DNA of 64,000 nucleotides from assembly GCA_040954595.2 (NCBI GenBank), contig CM082591.2, forward strand, positions 11,735,309-11,799,308, written 5' to 3'. Shown here piece after piece: positions 13,093-26,413 of this stretch (the first letter of the stretch is position 1; the number at the start of each line of letters is the position of its first letter). The notes below the pieces were generated by a model that worked only from the letters and a program-made list of their open reading frames with translations, searched no databases and was not told the DNA's origin. A program made the position numbers and the translations under genes. The stretch is from Balanoglossus misakiensis. Lineage: Eukaryota; Animalia; Hemichordata.

Positions 13093-14247
13093 AGTGGAAC
13101 GACACCCTCAATTTTGGGCTTCAAAGTACAATCCGGGTGTCAAAAACGGCAACGTTCCGATGGGTTAATTCACTTTCACTTCCTGCGCAAGCAGTAGACG
13201 CGCGTTGAAAATACTACAGTGACGTCAGCAACTTACACGTTCGACGTGTCATTTCCAATAAACAGACACATTTTGCGCGGATCTGACATGGCGAAATGTC
13301 AAGTTCATGATTTTAAAAACATATTCGGAAAATCGACGGGGATAAGTTTCTTTCAAAGGCAGTGCTCTTCGTGTACTAGTATTGTATTTGTCGATGCGTG
13401 CAGACATAGACCCTGCAATGTCCATGATGCCATGCATGTCGACGTTTATGAACAAACCGTAAGGCCTATACAAAGTTGTTCTAACTGCCGCTGATAATAA
13501 TAAACGTACCGTATTAAATCCTTCCTGCACGTTTTTTGGTACACGTATTTGGGTTTAATTTCCATTTATTGACGATCGCATAGTTATCAAATGAAAGCAA
13601 CTAAAAAGGGCAGTTTTAATACATTTCAAGAGACGAAACATGCATACAATAACTATAGCATTGGCTTCCATTATACTACGGACGTACTACACCTGGAGAG
13701 CAGGACGATGCACCTGCGTTCTTTTCAACTCCATAAAAGGTGACTAAGTATTTTTGTAAGAAAAGTGGTTCGAAAAGGTGACAACGAGGGAGAGACAACG
13801 AGGGAGGGTATTGTTTAATTGCAGCATTGTCTGTTTCACCATAGACTCTAGGGTCTATGGTTTCACTGAAACCACACCAAGTGTAAGCCTTGACAAACGG
13901 GACACATCGGAGATCAGAACTGCATGAACTTTTGTCCTCTGTAAAATTCAGTCGCTTGGTCGTAGAAGGGAATCTCTGGTTCAAAATTGTAGCCTACTAC
14001 CCGAGAATATGTTGCTATGCTAACGTCGTCGGTCGCGTGAGTGCAGGCGTGTATAAGCATAAGCTCGCTCCAACGCGTCGGCAGCGGACAACAGTTGCTG
14101 ACGTCACTCACTTCCGGGTTCGCGCAGTTTTTGGCTGGCTGTAGCTCTGTTATGCGTAAGTGAAAGTGAATGAAACCAACGTTTTTCATAGTACTTTTTA
14201 ATCGCATTTCGCAGAATTGGCTCAAAAACGGATCACAACGTTCCACT
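13093..14247 (+). mobile_element. Kolobok-type non-autonomous element, family K1 copy A
   Basis: TTAA|AGTGGAACG...CGTTCCACT|TTAA; copies at 38797-39965 and 55385-56535. Confidence 0.85.
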
Positions 14248-14812
14248 TTAAGCAATAACCCCCGCCGCAGGCGGTATACACGAGATTTGGGTACAATTCG
14301 AGACATATAGCACGAGCCGTCAGGCGAGTGCTATATGGAGCGAATTGTACCTAAATCGAGTGTATACCCGACTGAGGCGGGGGTTATTGCTATTATATTA
14401 TATCAACAACTGTTTTTGTGGCATATCAGTGTAATTTTCTTACCGAAACGGTGTCAGAAAGAGAAATTACGATCGTGAACCAACATGGCGACGACGAATG
14501 TAAACACGAGCGGCCGGGATCGAGCATTAAACATGAAGCAGACGACAAAAAGTGACAGGACGGGCATCGCGCGTGGCAAAGCGACAAATATATCCACAGA
14601 GCAGTTCCAAAATAAAACGTCTGTTAATTCAACATTATTTTTGTTTTATTTATTTGGTTTAAACACGCGCGACTGTGGTTTAACCGTACATTTTGCTGCC
14701 GTATGCTAGTTCAGGGGCCCGTTTTACCACTGCTAGCCATGGTAAAACAGTATTTTACCATGGCTGGATTCAGCTCTCGTCCAATCAGAATCGCGGACGG
14801 TAGCATGATATA
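14248..14812 (+). mobile_element. Hairpin-ended element H1 (Crypton-like, inferred)
   Basis: ~140-nt hairpin 14251-14391 with apex CGA-GCC-GTCA-GGC-GAG, then a body with weak terminal IR. Truncated copy at 45330-45430. Confidence 0.6.
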
Positions 14813-15124
14813 ATTAAGCAATAAAACACCCCCAGCCATGGTATACCACAAGATTTTGACCAGTTCACGACATATACGCACGAGCGATAGCGAGTGCGTA
14901 TATGGAGTTGAACTGGTCAAAATCGAGTGGTATACCATGGCTGGGGGTGTTTTATTGCTATTATATTATGCCAGTATATTGAAACTTTGCATAAAACATT
15001 TTAAAAAGGCATTTTCTTTGACTATGATATATGACTGTGGTATATGGCTATCGCTCGTGCGTATATGTCGTGAACTGGTCAAAATCTCGTGATATACCAT
15101 GGCTGGGGGTGTTTTATTGCTTAA
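14813..15124 (+). mobile_element. Hairpin-ended element H2 plus an inverted half-hairpin
   Basis: Hairpin 14817-14959 with apex CGA-GC-GATA-GC-GAG; same outer ends as H1 (TTAAGCAATAA...TTATTGCTATTATA). 15047-15124 is the reverse complement of the left arm and loop. Confidence 0.65.
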
Positions 15125-15129
15125 ATATA

Positions 15130-15565
15130 TTATAATATACCTCATGCTAATACTGTGCCGTGATTCGCCAGAATCCGTCACGTGATAGGAAAATAGAATC
15201 GACTATGAACCGCTAGGGAAAAAATATAAACCGGTCACGTGACCAACGTGGTCACGTCAATCAGCGTCGCGTCGTCTGACACAATGGCCACCGCTGAAGA
15301 TGTCGTCTGCCAACCTCAAGAGAAAATTGCAAGATTTTCCCAGCTGTTAGCATGAGGTTTATTATAAAACACCTATAGCCTGGCCTATATTCGGGCCATA
15401 GCAGCCGTTTTTACCCCCTCGTGACTGTGAGTTACCAGAATCATATGCTATTTCCCTCGGCCTGCGGCCTCGGGAAATAGCATATGATTCTGGTAACTCA
15501 CAGCCCCTCGGGTGTAATAAACGGCCGCTATGGCCCTCATGGCCAGGCAATAGGTGTTCAGTATA
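15130..15565 (-). mobile_element. Hairpin-ended element H3 copy 1
   Basis: Body bounded by TTATAATATACCTCATGCTAA/TTAGCATGAGGTTTATTATAA, plus ~190-nt hairpin 15368-15558; opposite-orientation copy at 29820-31269. Confidence 0.75.
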
Positions 15566-15622
15566 AAAGGAGTGAAATTATATGCACATTTTCTGATATC
15601 ACATTCTTTTCAGATATAAATG

Positions 15623-15656
<34 letters not shown>

Positions 15657-18600
15657 ATTACCAGTTAAGGGGTTTAAAGAATTATATAAACAATCTATCA
15701 ATTTAATAAGCACGGGTGGATTTCCTGTACAATCATTCGTGATACTTCAGATTCATAAAGACAACATTTTTCAAAGTGGCCTATGTATCTAAAATTGCAG
15801 ACGACGTTTCAACGCTTTCGGTTGGAGATTTTCTACCTAATATTCACAAAAAGACCTCGGGTATTGTTAAACACTATTTAAAACCTTGTTACCCGGTGAG
15901 TCGAGTAGCGTGTGTACGACAGATCTGAGGTACAAAACTTCGCTCGAAACCCAACGCGAGTTGGAACCGAGTTTATTTACGTACAACATTGTAGCAATTT
16001 TTCGTATGTTTGCGCGCGCTCTGAAATCACGCGATGTCAACTGAGTGTGAACGAGCTGTTTCGCGTTGTGTCGTCTGCCCAGTTTTCGTGGCTAAAACGA
16101 CAGGAATAATACCCCAGTTGGCTTAAGAATTGCACATATCGTGAGATTTGAGCGCCATAGAAACTGCAGATATCGTGGAACAGGAAGGTTAGTGTTTAAA
16201 TCATTGATTTTAATCGAAGAATTGACCTCTGAGTTATGCTACGTTTGTGTCGGTGTCAAACGGACGCAATGTTTACACGGCAGCAAAATAAAATCGGAGA
16301 AATGAAGAAATGTTATCACGATACTTTGGATTTCGTGTTATTATTTCTCGGGAATTTTATTGTTTTCTCAGACGAGGTGACAGGACAGACACACGAGGCA
16401 TCTCGCGGTTTCGTTTTCAATTTTATGTTTTGACTGCATTTGCGTGTCAGCTGACAGGTCTTCGCATTCATCAGAAGGTATCGTGCGTCACTGAGATTTG
16501 ATTCTTCCTAAACGAAAATTATTTCATAACCATACCAAATAAAACATTTCCAGAAATTTAGAAGTTTGCAGAGTTTTCTGCTAGTTGTCTATTTAGTGTT
16601 GAAGTCACGCTGAACTGCCAAATTTAACAGACTCGACGTCAACACTCAAAAAGTGTGTACTTCTACGAGTGTGTCCTGTAACTGCCTTCCTTCGATAACC
16701 ATACAACAACAGATAGACGGTAAACGTTTATGCAATACCAATGGATTTATGTTTTAAAACTGGTCGACAGTCAGGAAATATGCGTGAACAATCGATTGAT
16801 TGGATTCCCCAGCGATACTATTGTATCTTGTGATTTTTTGTAGTGAAACTGTGGAAATCGGCAGGCTGCATTGCCAGTTGTTCTGCACATGTGCAGTTCC
16901 TCTGTCTTGAAAGAAAAGTCAAATTTCACCAACTTATAAATGTGCATTCGGAAAATAAACCACAAATGTTTCCTTTGTGACCAAAAATACTGCCAGTGCG
17001 ATTTTGTGTTCAAATCCAACCTATTATTATTTAAAGTGACTTGTGATACCCTCTCTTAGCACAAAAAGCATAATTTCAGCCCAAAAATGGTTGCCATAGA
17101 AACATGGGATCACTAAACGGATATCATTTTTGTTCTTTTCGAGCCAAGATACCCCTATGGTGAATTTTTTGTGGAAATCGGACCTATTATTATTAAAATT
17201 ATTATTTTTATATAATTCTTTATTTAATAATTATTATTACCAGTTAAGGGGTTTAAAGAATTATATAAACAATCTATCAATTTAATAAGCACGGGTGGAT
17301 TTCCTGTACAATCATTCGTGATACTTCAGATTCATAAAGACAACATTTTTCAAAGTGGCCTATGTATCTAAAATTGCAGACGACGTTTCAACGCTTTCGG
17401 TTGGAGATTTTCTACCTAATATTCACAAAAAGACCTCGGGTATTGTTAAACACTATTTAAAACCTTGTTACCCAGTGAGTCTGGTGGCGTGTGTACGACA
17501 GATCTGAGGTACAAAACTTCGCTCGAAACCCAACACGAGTTGGAGACCGAGTTTATTTACGTACATCATTGTAGCAATTTTTCGTATGTTTGCGCGCGCT
17601 CTGAAATCACGCGATGTCAACTGAGTGTGAACGAGCTGTTTCGCGTCGTGTCGTCTGCCCAGTTTTCGTGGCTAAAACGACAGGAATAATACCCCAGTTG
17701 GCTTTAGAATTGCACATATCATGAGATTTGAGCGCCATAGAAACCGCAGATATCGTGGAACAGGAAGGTTAGTGTTAAAATTATTGTTTTTAATCAAAGT
17801 ATTGACCTCTTGAGTTATGCTACGTTTGTGTCGGTGTCAAACGGACGCAATGTTTACAATGTACAAGGCAGCCAAATAGAATCAGAGAAATGAAGAAATG
17901 TTATCACGATACTTTGGATTTCGTGTTATTATTTCTCGGGAATTTTATTGTTTTCTCAGACGAGGTGACAGGACAGACACACGAGGCATCTCGCGGTTCC
18001 GTTTTCAATGTTGAATTTTATGTTTTGGCTGTATTTGCGTGTCAGCTGACAGGTCTTCGCATTCATCAGAAGCTATCGTGCGTCGCTGAGATTTGATTCT
18101 TCATAGACGAAAATTATTTCATAACCATACCAAATAAAACATTTCCAGAAATTTAGAAGTTTGCAGACTTTTCTGCTAGTTGTCTATTTAGTGTTGAAGT
18201 CACGCTGAACTGCCAAATTTAACACAGACTCGCTGTCAATACTCAAACAGTGTACTTCTACGAGTGTGTCCTGTAACTGCCTTCCTTCAATAACCCATGT
18301 CATACAACAACAAATAGACGGTAAACGTTTATGCAATACCAATGAATTTATGTTTTAAAACTGGTCGACAGTCTGGAAATGCATGAACAATCGATTGATT
18401 GGATTCCTTAACGATACTATTGTATCTTGTATTTTTTTGTAGTTACACTGTGGAAATCGGCAGGCAGCATTGCCAGTTTTTCTGCACATGCGCAGTTCCT
18501 CTGTCTTGAAAGAAAAGTCAAATTTCACCAACTTATTATTGTGCATTCGGAAAATAAACCCCAAATATTTTCTTTGTGAACAAAAATACTGCCAGTGTGA

Positions 18601-18806
18601 TTTTGTGTTCAAATCCAACCAATTATTATGTAAATTGACTTGTGATACCCTCTCTTAGCACAAAAAGCATAATTTCAGCCCCAAAATGGTTGCCATAGAA
18701 ACATGTGATCACTAAACGGATATCATTTTTGTTCTTATTGAGCCAAGAAACCCCTATGGTGAAATTTTTGTGGAAATCGGTCCTATTATTATTAAAATTA
18801 TTATTT

Positions 18807-19807
18807 AGAGAATAATGAACGCCCCAAAGACCCATAATGGACGAAAGCACACATTGTGCGTCATAATATACGAGGCGAAGCCGAGTATATTATGAAGCTA
18901 GCACAATGTGTGCTTGAGTCCATTATGGGTCTTTGGGGCGTTCATTATTCTCATTATTTTATAGTTTTGTCAATGCCAGTGAATTTGCAGACTTCAAAAA
19001 GTATAGGAGCGAACAATTCAGACTCGGACACGGAGATCGAGAACAGAGCAATGGCGTACGCGTAAACAAAAGGTCACCTGATCGCGGTGTATCAGTGTAC
19101 TGTACATTTCTAGTATCATATTCAAACATCAGGAAATAAATAATGAAGGTTTATTTACGCATGAAAAATTCATTTAAGGGTTCTGCTGAAATATATCTGA
19201 AAAGTTTCGATTTTTGTGTAATCTTGGGGAGGACTCGGGGAATATTTGAATTCGTTTGCGTTCTGAGGAAAGTTCACGTATACGGGCGCTCGGAAGGTTG
19301 CAATACATAAACAAACTCGCCCTCGATCGACCCTCCGTACCGCGTAGACAACATGACAGTGACACTTGCGGCATATTTTTTTTACGTATAGCTTCGTTGA
19401 CATGACTGCTTGGTACATGGTACACGGTATGTATGGTGAACGAATGTCAAATCCAGCATCATGGAGAGGTTTGCTTTACGTGCGTGAGCGAGCCATGTTG
19501 ACTGCGCGTGATTCAAGAGCAGACGACATGTACTGCAGCCGTAGGAAGAAAAAATAAACAAAATGCCAGTCGAGGACAGATATTGAAATTAATAAATATC
19601 GCCGTATTTATTCTGTGTACGTTTGCATTTCTTTTTTGCCCTTAAAATGTTCGCATTGTTTGAAATCCTCCGTTATTCAGTCGGAAATTGTACACGTCCA
19701 CTGGTTCTTGGGCGCGTCGCGCGTCCATCGAATAACACGATACATTATCAGTAATAATGTATAGCTATGACGTCACAAAATTCACTGGTATTGATAAAGC
19801 TATAATA
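18807..19807 (+). mobile_element. Hairpin-ended element H4 inserted at the end of array unit 2
   Basis: Hairpin 18808-18952 with GCGAAGC apex; body bounded by TATAGTTTTGTCAATGCCAGTGAATTT/AAATTCACTGGTATTGATAAAGCTATA; absent from other units; only TATTT repeated at the junctions. Confidence 0.8.
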
Positions 19808-21046
19808 TATTTTTATATAATTCTTTATTTAATTATTTAATTATTACCAGTTAAGGGGTTTAATGAATTATATAAACAATCTATCAATTTAATAAGCACG
19901 GGTGGATTTCCTGTACAATCATTCGTGATACTTCAGATTCATAACAACATTTTTCAAAGTGGCCTATGTATCTAAAATTGCAGACGACGTTTCAACGCTT
20001 TCGGTTGGAGATTTTCTACCTAATATTCACAAAAAGACCTCGGGTATTGTTAAACACTATTTAAAACCTTGTTACCCAGTGAGTCTGGTGGCGTGTGTAC
20101 GACAGATCTGAGGTACAAAACTTCGCTCGAAACCCAACACGAGTTGGAGACCGAGTTTATTTACGTACAACATTGTAGCAATTTTTCGTATGTTTGCGCG
20201 CGCTCTGGAATCACGCGATGTCAACTGAGTGTGAACGAGCTGTTTCGCGTCGTGTCGTCTGCCCAGTTTTCGTGGCTAAAACGACAGGAATAATACCCCA
20301 CTTGGCTTTAGAATTGCACATATCATGAGATTTGAGCGCCATAGAAACCGCAGATATCGTGGAACAGGAAGGTTAGTGTTAAAATTATTGTTTTTAATCA
20401 AAGTATTGACCTCTGAGTTATGCTACGTTTGTGTCGGTGTCAAACGGACGCAATGTTTACAATACAAGGCAGCCAAATAGAATCAGAGAAATGAAGAAAT
20501 ATTATCACGATATTTTGGATTTCGTGTTATTATTTCTCGGGAATGTTATTGTTTTCTCAGACGAGGTGACAGGACAGACACACGAGGCATCTCGCGGTTC
20601 CGTTTTCAATGTTGAATTTTATGTTTTGGCTGTATTTGCGTGTCAGCTGACAGGTCTTCGCATTCATCAGAAGCTATCGTGCGTCGCTGAGATTTGATTC
20701 TTCATAGACGAAAATTTTTTCATAACCATACCAAATAAAACATTTCCAGAAATTTAGAAGTTTGCAGACTTTTCTGCTAGTAGTCTATTTAGTGTTGAAG
20801 TCACGCTGAACTGCCAAATTTAACACAGACTCGCTGTCAATACTCAAACAGTGTACTTCTACGAGTGTGTCCTGTAACTGCCTTCCTTCAATAACCCATG
20901 TCATACAACAACAAATAGACGGTAAACGTTTATGCAATACCAAAGAATTTATGTTTTAAAACTGGTCGACAGTCTGGAAATGCATGAACAATCGATTGAT
21001 TGGATTCCTTAACTTTACTATTGTATCTTGTATTTTTTTGTAGTTA

Positions 21047-21483
21047 CAGTGCAGCTTAGGAATAGCTTTCCAACTGCACCAACACTGGGTCAGCTCTGTT
21101 TAAACACTGGGTCAACTCTGGGTTGGCACCCTATTGGCGCTCTAATTAGCACCTATTGGGCTTGTGTTTAACTGGGGTGTTCCAAAACAATAGGGTGCGC
21201 CAAGGTGCTAACACTGAACAATGCCAAGTGCCAGGGCCAACAGATTCACACCTTTGTAACACTTGGAACACACAGGCTAACACTGTGTGCCAAAACAATA
21301 GGGTGCGCCAAGGTTTAACACCTTTGTAGCACATGCTAACACTGAACAATGCCAAGTGCCAGGGCCAACAGATTCACACCTTTGTAACACTTGGAACACA
21401 CAGGCTAACACTGTGTTGGCTCATTATAAACACCGTGTCAGCAAGTTGTTAGCAAATTGGAAAGCTATTCCTAAGCTGCACTG
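21047..21483. mobile_element. Tc1/mariner-type MITE in array unit 3
   Basis: TA|CAGTGCAGCTTAGGAATAGCTTTCCAA...TTGGAAAGCTATTCCTAAGCTGCACTG|TA; empty site GTTACACTG in units 2, 4, 5; internal direct repeats. Confidence 0.85.
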
Positions 21484-23472
21484 TACACTGTGGAAATCGG
21501 CAGGCTGCATTGCCAGTTTTTCTGCACATGCGCAGTTCCTCTGTCTTGAAAGAAAAGTCAAATTTCACCAACTTATTATTGTGCATTCGGAAAATAAACC
21601 CCAAATGTTTTCTTTGTGAACAAAAATACTGCCAGTGTGATTTTGTGTTCAAATCCAACCAATTATTATGTAAATTGACTTGTGATACCCTCTCTTAGCA
21701 CAAAAAGCATAATTTCAGCCCCAAAATGGTTGCCATAGAAACATGTGATCACTAAACGGATATCATTTTTGTTCTTATTGAGCCAAGAAACCCCTATGGT
21801 GAAATTTTTGTGGAAATCGGACCTATTATTATTAAAATTATTATTTTTATATAATTCTTTATTTAATTATTTAATTATTATAATTACCAGTTAAGGGGTT
21901 TAAAGAATTATATAAACAATCTATCAATTTAATAAGCACGGGTGGATTTCCTGTACAATCATTCGTGATACTTCAGATTCATAAAGACAACATTTTTCAA
22001 AGTGGCCTATGTATCTAAAATTGCAGACGACGTTTCAACGCTTTCGGTTGGAGATTTTCTACCTAATATTCACAAAAAGACCTCGGGTATTGTTAAACAC
22101 TATTTAAAACCTTGTTACCCAGTGAGTCTGGTGGCGTGTGTACGACAGATCTGAGGTACAAAACTTCGCTCGAAACCCAACACGAGTTGGAGACCGAGTT
22201 TATTTACGTACAACATTGTAGCAATTTTTCGTATGTTTGCGCGCGCTCTGGAATCACGCGATGTCAACTGAGTGTGAACGAGCTGTTTCGCGTCGTGTCG
22301 TCTGCCCAGTTTTCGTGGCTAAAACGACAGGAATAATACCCCACTTGGCTTTAGAATTGCACATATCATGAGATTTGAGCGCCATAGAAACCGCAGATAT
22401 CGTGGAACAGGAAGGTTAGTGTTAAAATTATTGTTTTTAATCAAAGTATTGACCTCTGAGTTATGCTACGTTTGTGTCGGTGTCAAACGGACGCAATGTT
22501 TACAATACAAGGCAGCCAAATAGAATCAGAGAAATGAAGAAATATTATCACGATATTTTGGATTTCGTGTTATTATTTCTCGGGAATGTTATTGTTTTCT
22601 CAGACGAGGTGACAGGACAGACACACGAGGCATCTCGCGGTTCCGTTTTCAATGTTGAATTTTATGTTTTGGCTGTATTTGCGTGTCAGCTGACAGGTCT
22701 TCGCATTCATCAGAAGCTATCGTGCGTCGCTGAGATTTGATTCTTCATAGACGAAAATTTTTTCATAACCATACCAAATAAAACATTTCCAGAAATTTAG
22801 AAGTTTGCAGACTTTTCTGCTAGTAGTCTATTTAGTGTTGAAGTCACGCTGAACTGCCAAATTTAACACAGACTCGCTGTCAATACTCAAACAGTGTACT
22901 TCTACGAGTGTGTCCTGTAACTGCCTTCCTTCAATAACCCATGTCATACAACAACAAATAGACGGTAAACGTTTATGCAATACCAAAGAATTTATGTTTT
23001 AAAACTGGTCGACAGTCTGGAAATGCATGAACAATCGATTGATTGGATTCCTTAACTTTACTATTGTATCTTGTATTTTTTTGTAGTTACACTGTGGAAA
23101 TCGGCAGGCTGCATTGCCAGTTTTTCTGCACATGCGCAGTTCCTCTGTCTTGAAAGAAAAGTCAAATTTCACCAACTTATTATTGTGCATTCGGAAAATA
23201 AACCCCAAATGTTTTCTTTGTGAACAAAAATACTGCCAGTGTGATTTTGTGTTCAAATCCAACCAATTATTATGTAAATTGACTTGTGATACCCTCTCTT
23301 AGCACAAAAAGCATAATTTCAGCCCCAAAATGGTTGCCATAGAAACATGTGATCACTAAACGGATATCATTTTTGTTCTTATTGAGCCAAGATACCCCTA
23401 TGGTGAAATTTTTGTGGAAATCGGACCTATTATTATTAAAATTATTATTTTTATATAATTCTTTATTTAATT

Positions 23473-24743
23473 ATTGGGGGCACAAGCGCCCTCAGGCGGC
23501 TTGTGCCCCCATTGTTATTGTTGGAATTTTTCTTTATTATTATTATTATTCTTCTTCTTCTTCTTCTTCCGAGAAATTCGGCCAGGTAGATCTGGAAAAC
23601 CGCAGCACCTAGGGGGCTGAAACTTGGTAGGGTGATAGGGGCCAATGAGTAGACGTGCAGTGGCCCGTGAATATTTAATTAGTCATGTGACCTGGCGGCC
23701 ATATTGGATTTCCTGAAAACCGTTAAATGAGTCCTTCTCAAAAACTACAAGGCCGATCGAGTTCAAATTTGGTGTGCAGGTAGCCTACCTTCTGTCCATC
23801 ATTTTACCCCATTGAAATCATGACGTCACACATAAAGTTTTTTTGCTACAATTGTTTTTCTTAAAAAATACTTAAAACTTTAAAAATCTTCTTCTCCAGA
23901 ACCAGCGGTTACCGATTCTCGGGATTTGGGATATGTGGTCACCTAACCTATGTCTATCAAGTTTGCGAAGCGCACTGTGATTGGTCGATCATTATGGCGG
24001 CCATGTTGGATTTTCGGAAAACCATTGAAAAGTGATAATTCCGTTTTGTAGCCAAAATGTTGACAGCACGGAAATTCTTTTTTTGGATATGAGTCATCAT
24101 ATGACCGGAAGTTGTCACAATTTTTCGTGGCAATTTTCACATGACCTTTGACCCAGTTTTAAAAGAACTAATTATATATGCATATTCCCCATACCTCCTC
24201 TTGTAAAAGCACCACATTCATGAATTTTGTGGACATGGGTACCAATGCTGCTAGGACATGACACAAATATTTTAGTAATTTTGGCAATGACCTTTGACCT
24301 ATTTCTGCATATCTAATTCCATGCTACCCAATAGGGCTAGAGGTCTGGTATTGGTTGGACATGGCCCAGTCTGGGGTCAAAATTTTATGCCCTAATTTTG
24401 GGTGACCTTGGGTGACCTTTGATCTACTTTCCCATATCTCAGCATCCAGAGCAGTTAGAGCCCTGGCTGTTATGGGTATTGAGCACATAATGGAGTCTTA
24501 CACAAGACCTCATTAATTATGTGCATACCTAATTGCAGGCAAACCAATAGGGCTAGGGGTCTGGTTTTTTGTTGGATCTAGACTAGTATGGGGTCCAATT
24601 TTTTTGCCCAAATTTGGGGTGACCTCAGGTGACCTTTGACCTACTTTCCCATGTCTCGGTATCCCCAGCAGATACAGCCGTGGAATTTGCTGGTCACCAT
24701 GGGAACCGCTTGTGCCCCCCCAACGCTGCTTGCAGCTTTAATT
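23473..24743 (+). mobile_element. Helentron-associated non-autonomous element (HINE/DINE-1-like)
   Basis: 5' hairpin GGGGGCACAAGC...GCTTGTGCCCCC; (ATT)n(CTT)n microsatellite; internal ~220-bp repeats; 3' subterminal IR GCTTGTGCCCCCC; stem-loop GCTGCTTGCAGC; T-rich end; inserted in TT context without TSD. Confidence 0.85.
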
Positions 24744-26413
24744 TAATTATTATAATTACCAGTTAAGGGGTTTAAAGAATTATATAAACAATCTATCAAT
24801 TTAATAAGCACGGGTGGATTTCCTGTACAATCATTCGTGATACTTCAGATTCATAAAGACAACATTTTTCAAAGTGGCCTATGTATCTAAAATTGCAGAC
24901 GACGTTTCAACGCTTTCGGTTGGAGATTTTCTACCTAATATTCACAAAAAGACCTCGGGTATTGTTAAACACTATTTAAAACCTTGTTACCCAGTGAGTC
25001 TGGTGGCGTGTGTACGACAGATCTGAGGTACAAAACTTCGCTCGAAACCCAACACGAGTTGGAGACCGAGTTTATTTACGTACAACATTGTAGCAATTTT
25101 TCGTATGTTTGCGCGCGCTCTGAAATCACGCGATGTCAACTGAGTGTGAACGAGCTGTTTCGCGTCGTGTCGTCTGCCCAGTTTTCGTGGCTAAAACGAC
25201 AGGAATAATACCCCAGTTGGCTTTAGAATTGCACATATCATGAGATTTGAGCGCCATAGAAACCGCAGATATCGTGGAACAGGAAGGTTAGTGTTAAAAT
25301 TATTGTTTTTAATCAAAGTATTGACCTCTGAGTTATGCTACGTTTGTGTCGGTGTCAAACGGACGCAATGTTTACAATGTACAAGGCAGCCAAATAGAAT
25401 CAGAGAAATGAAGAAATGTTATCACGATACTTTGGATTTCGTGTTATTATTTCTCGGGAATTTTATTGTTTTCTCAGACGAGGTGACAGGACAGACACAC
25501 GAGGCATCTCGCGGTTCCGTTTTCAATGTTGAATTTTATGTTTTGGCTGTATTTGCGTGTCAGCTGACAGGTCTTCGCATTCATCAGAAGCTATCGTGCG
25601 TCGCTGAGATTTGATTCTTCATAGACGAAAATTATTTCATAACCATACCAAATAAAACATTTCCAGAAATTTAGAAGTTTGCAGACTTTTCTGCTAGTTG
25701 TCTATTTAGTGTTGAAGTCACGCTGAACTGCCAACTTTAACACAGACTCGCTGTCAATACTCAAACAGTGTACTTCTACGAGTGTGTCCTGTAACTGCCT
25801 TCCTTCAATAACCCATGTCATACAACAACAAATAGACGGTAAACGTTTATGCAATACCAATGAATTTATGTTTTAAAACTGGTCGACAGTCTGGAAATGC
25901 ATGAACAATCGATTGATTGGATTCCTTAACGATACTATTGTATCTTGTATTTTTTTGTAGTTACACTGTGGAAATCGGCAGGCAGCATTGCCAGTTTTTC
26001 TGCACATGCGCAGTTCCTCTGTCTTGAAAGAAAAGTCAAATTTCACCAACTTATTATTGTGCATTCGGAAAATAAACCCCAAATATTTTCTTTGTGAACA
26101 AAAATACTGCCAGTGTGATTTTGTGTTCAAATCCAACCAATTATTATGTAAATTGACTTGTGATACCCTCTCTTAGCACAAAAAGCATAATTTCAGCCCC
26201 AAAATGGTTGCCATAGAAACATGTGATCACTAAACGGATATCATTTTTGTTCTTATTGAGCCAAGAAACCCCTATGGTGAAATTTTTGTGGAAATCGGTC
26301 CTATTATTATTAAAATTATTATTTTTATATAATTCTTTATTTAATTATTTAATTATAATTATTATTGAGTTGATTGTCATCCCAATGAACGTCCTGTATC
26401 TTTCTGCAGTTTA

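Larger units (their letters stand above)
15661..26350 (+). repeat. Tandem array of five ~1.58-1.6 kb non-coding units with subterminal IRs, in a (TTA)n tract
   Basis: Unit starts (CCAGTTAAGGGG) at 15661, 17240, 19847, 21887, 24759. Each has TAAAGAATTATATAAA near the left end and TTTATATAATTCTTTA near the right. (TTA)n at 15625-15655. Confidence 0.95.

Noticed and set aside
13219-14306. ORFs in K1 copies as Kolobok transposase
   Set aside because: No DDE or THAP motifs, and frames differ among the three copies.
15912-26176. Repeated ORFs in array units (MLPSESGG..., MKKCYHD..., MDLNTKSH...) as a gene cluster
   Set aside because: No domain similarity, several non-ATG starts, and frames broken by indels between units; recurrence only reflects repeat identity.
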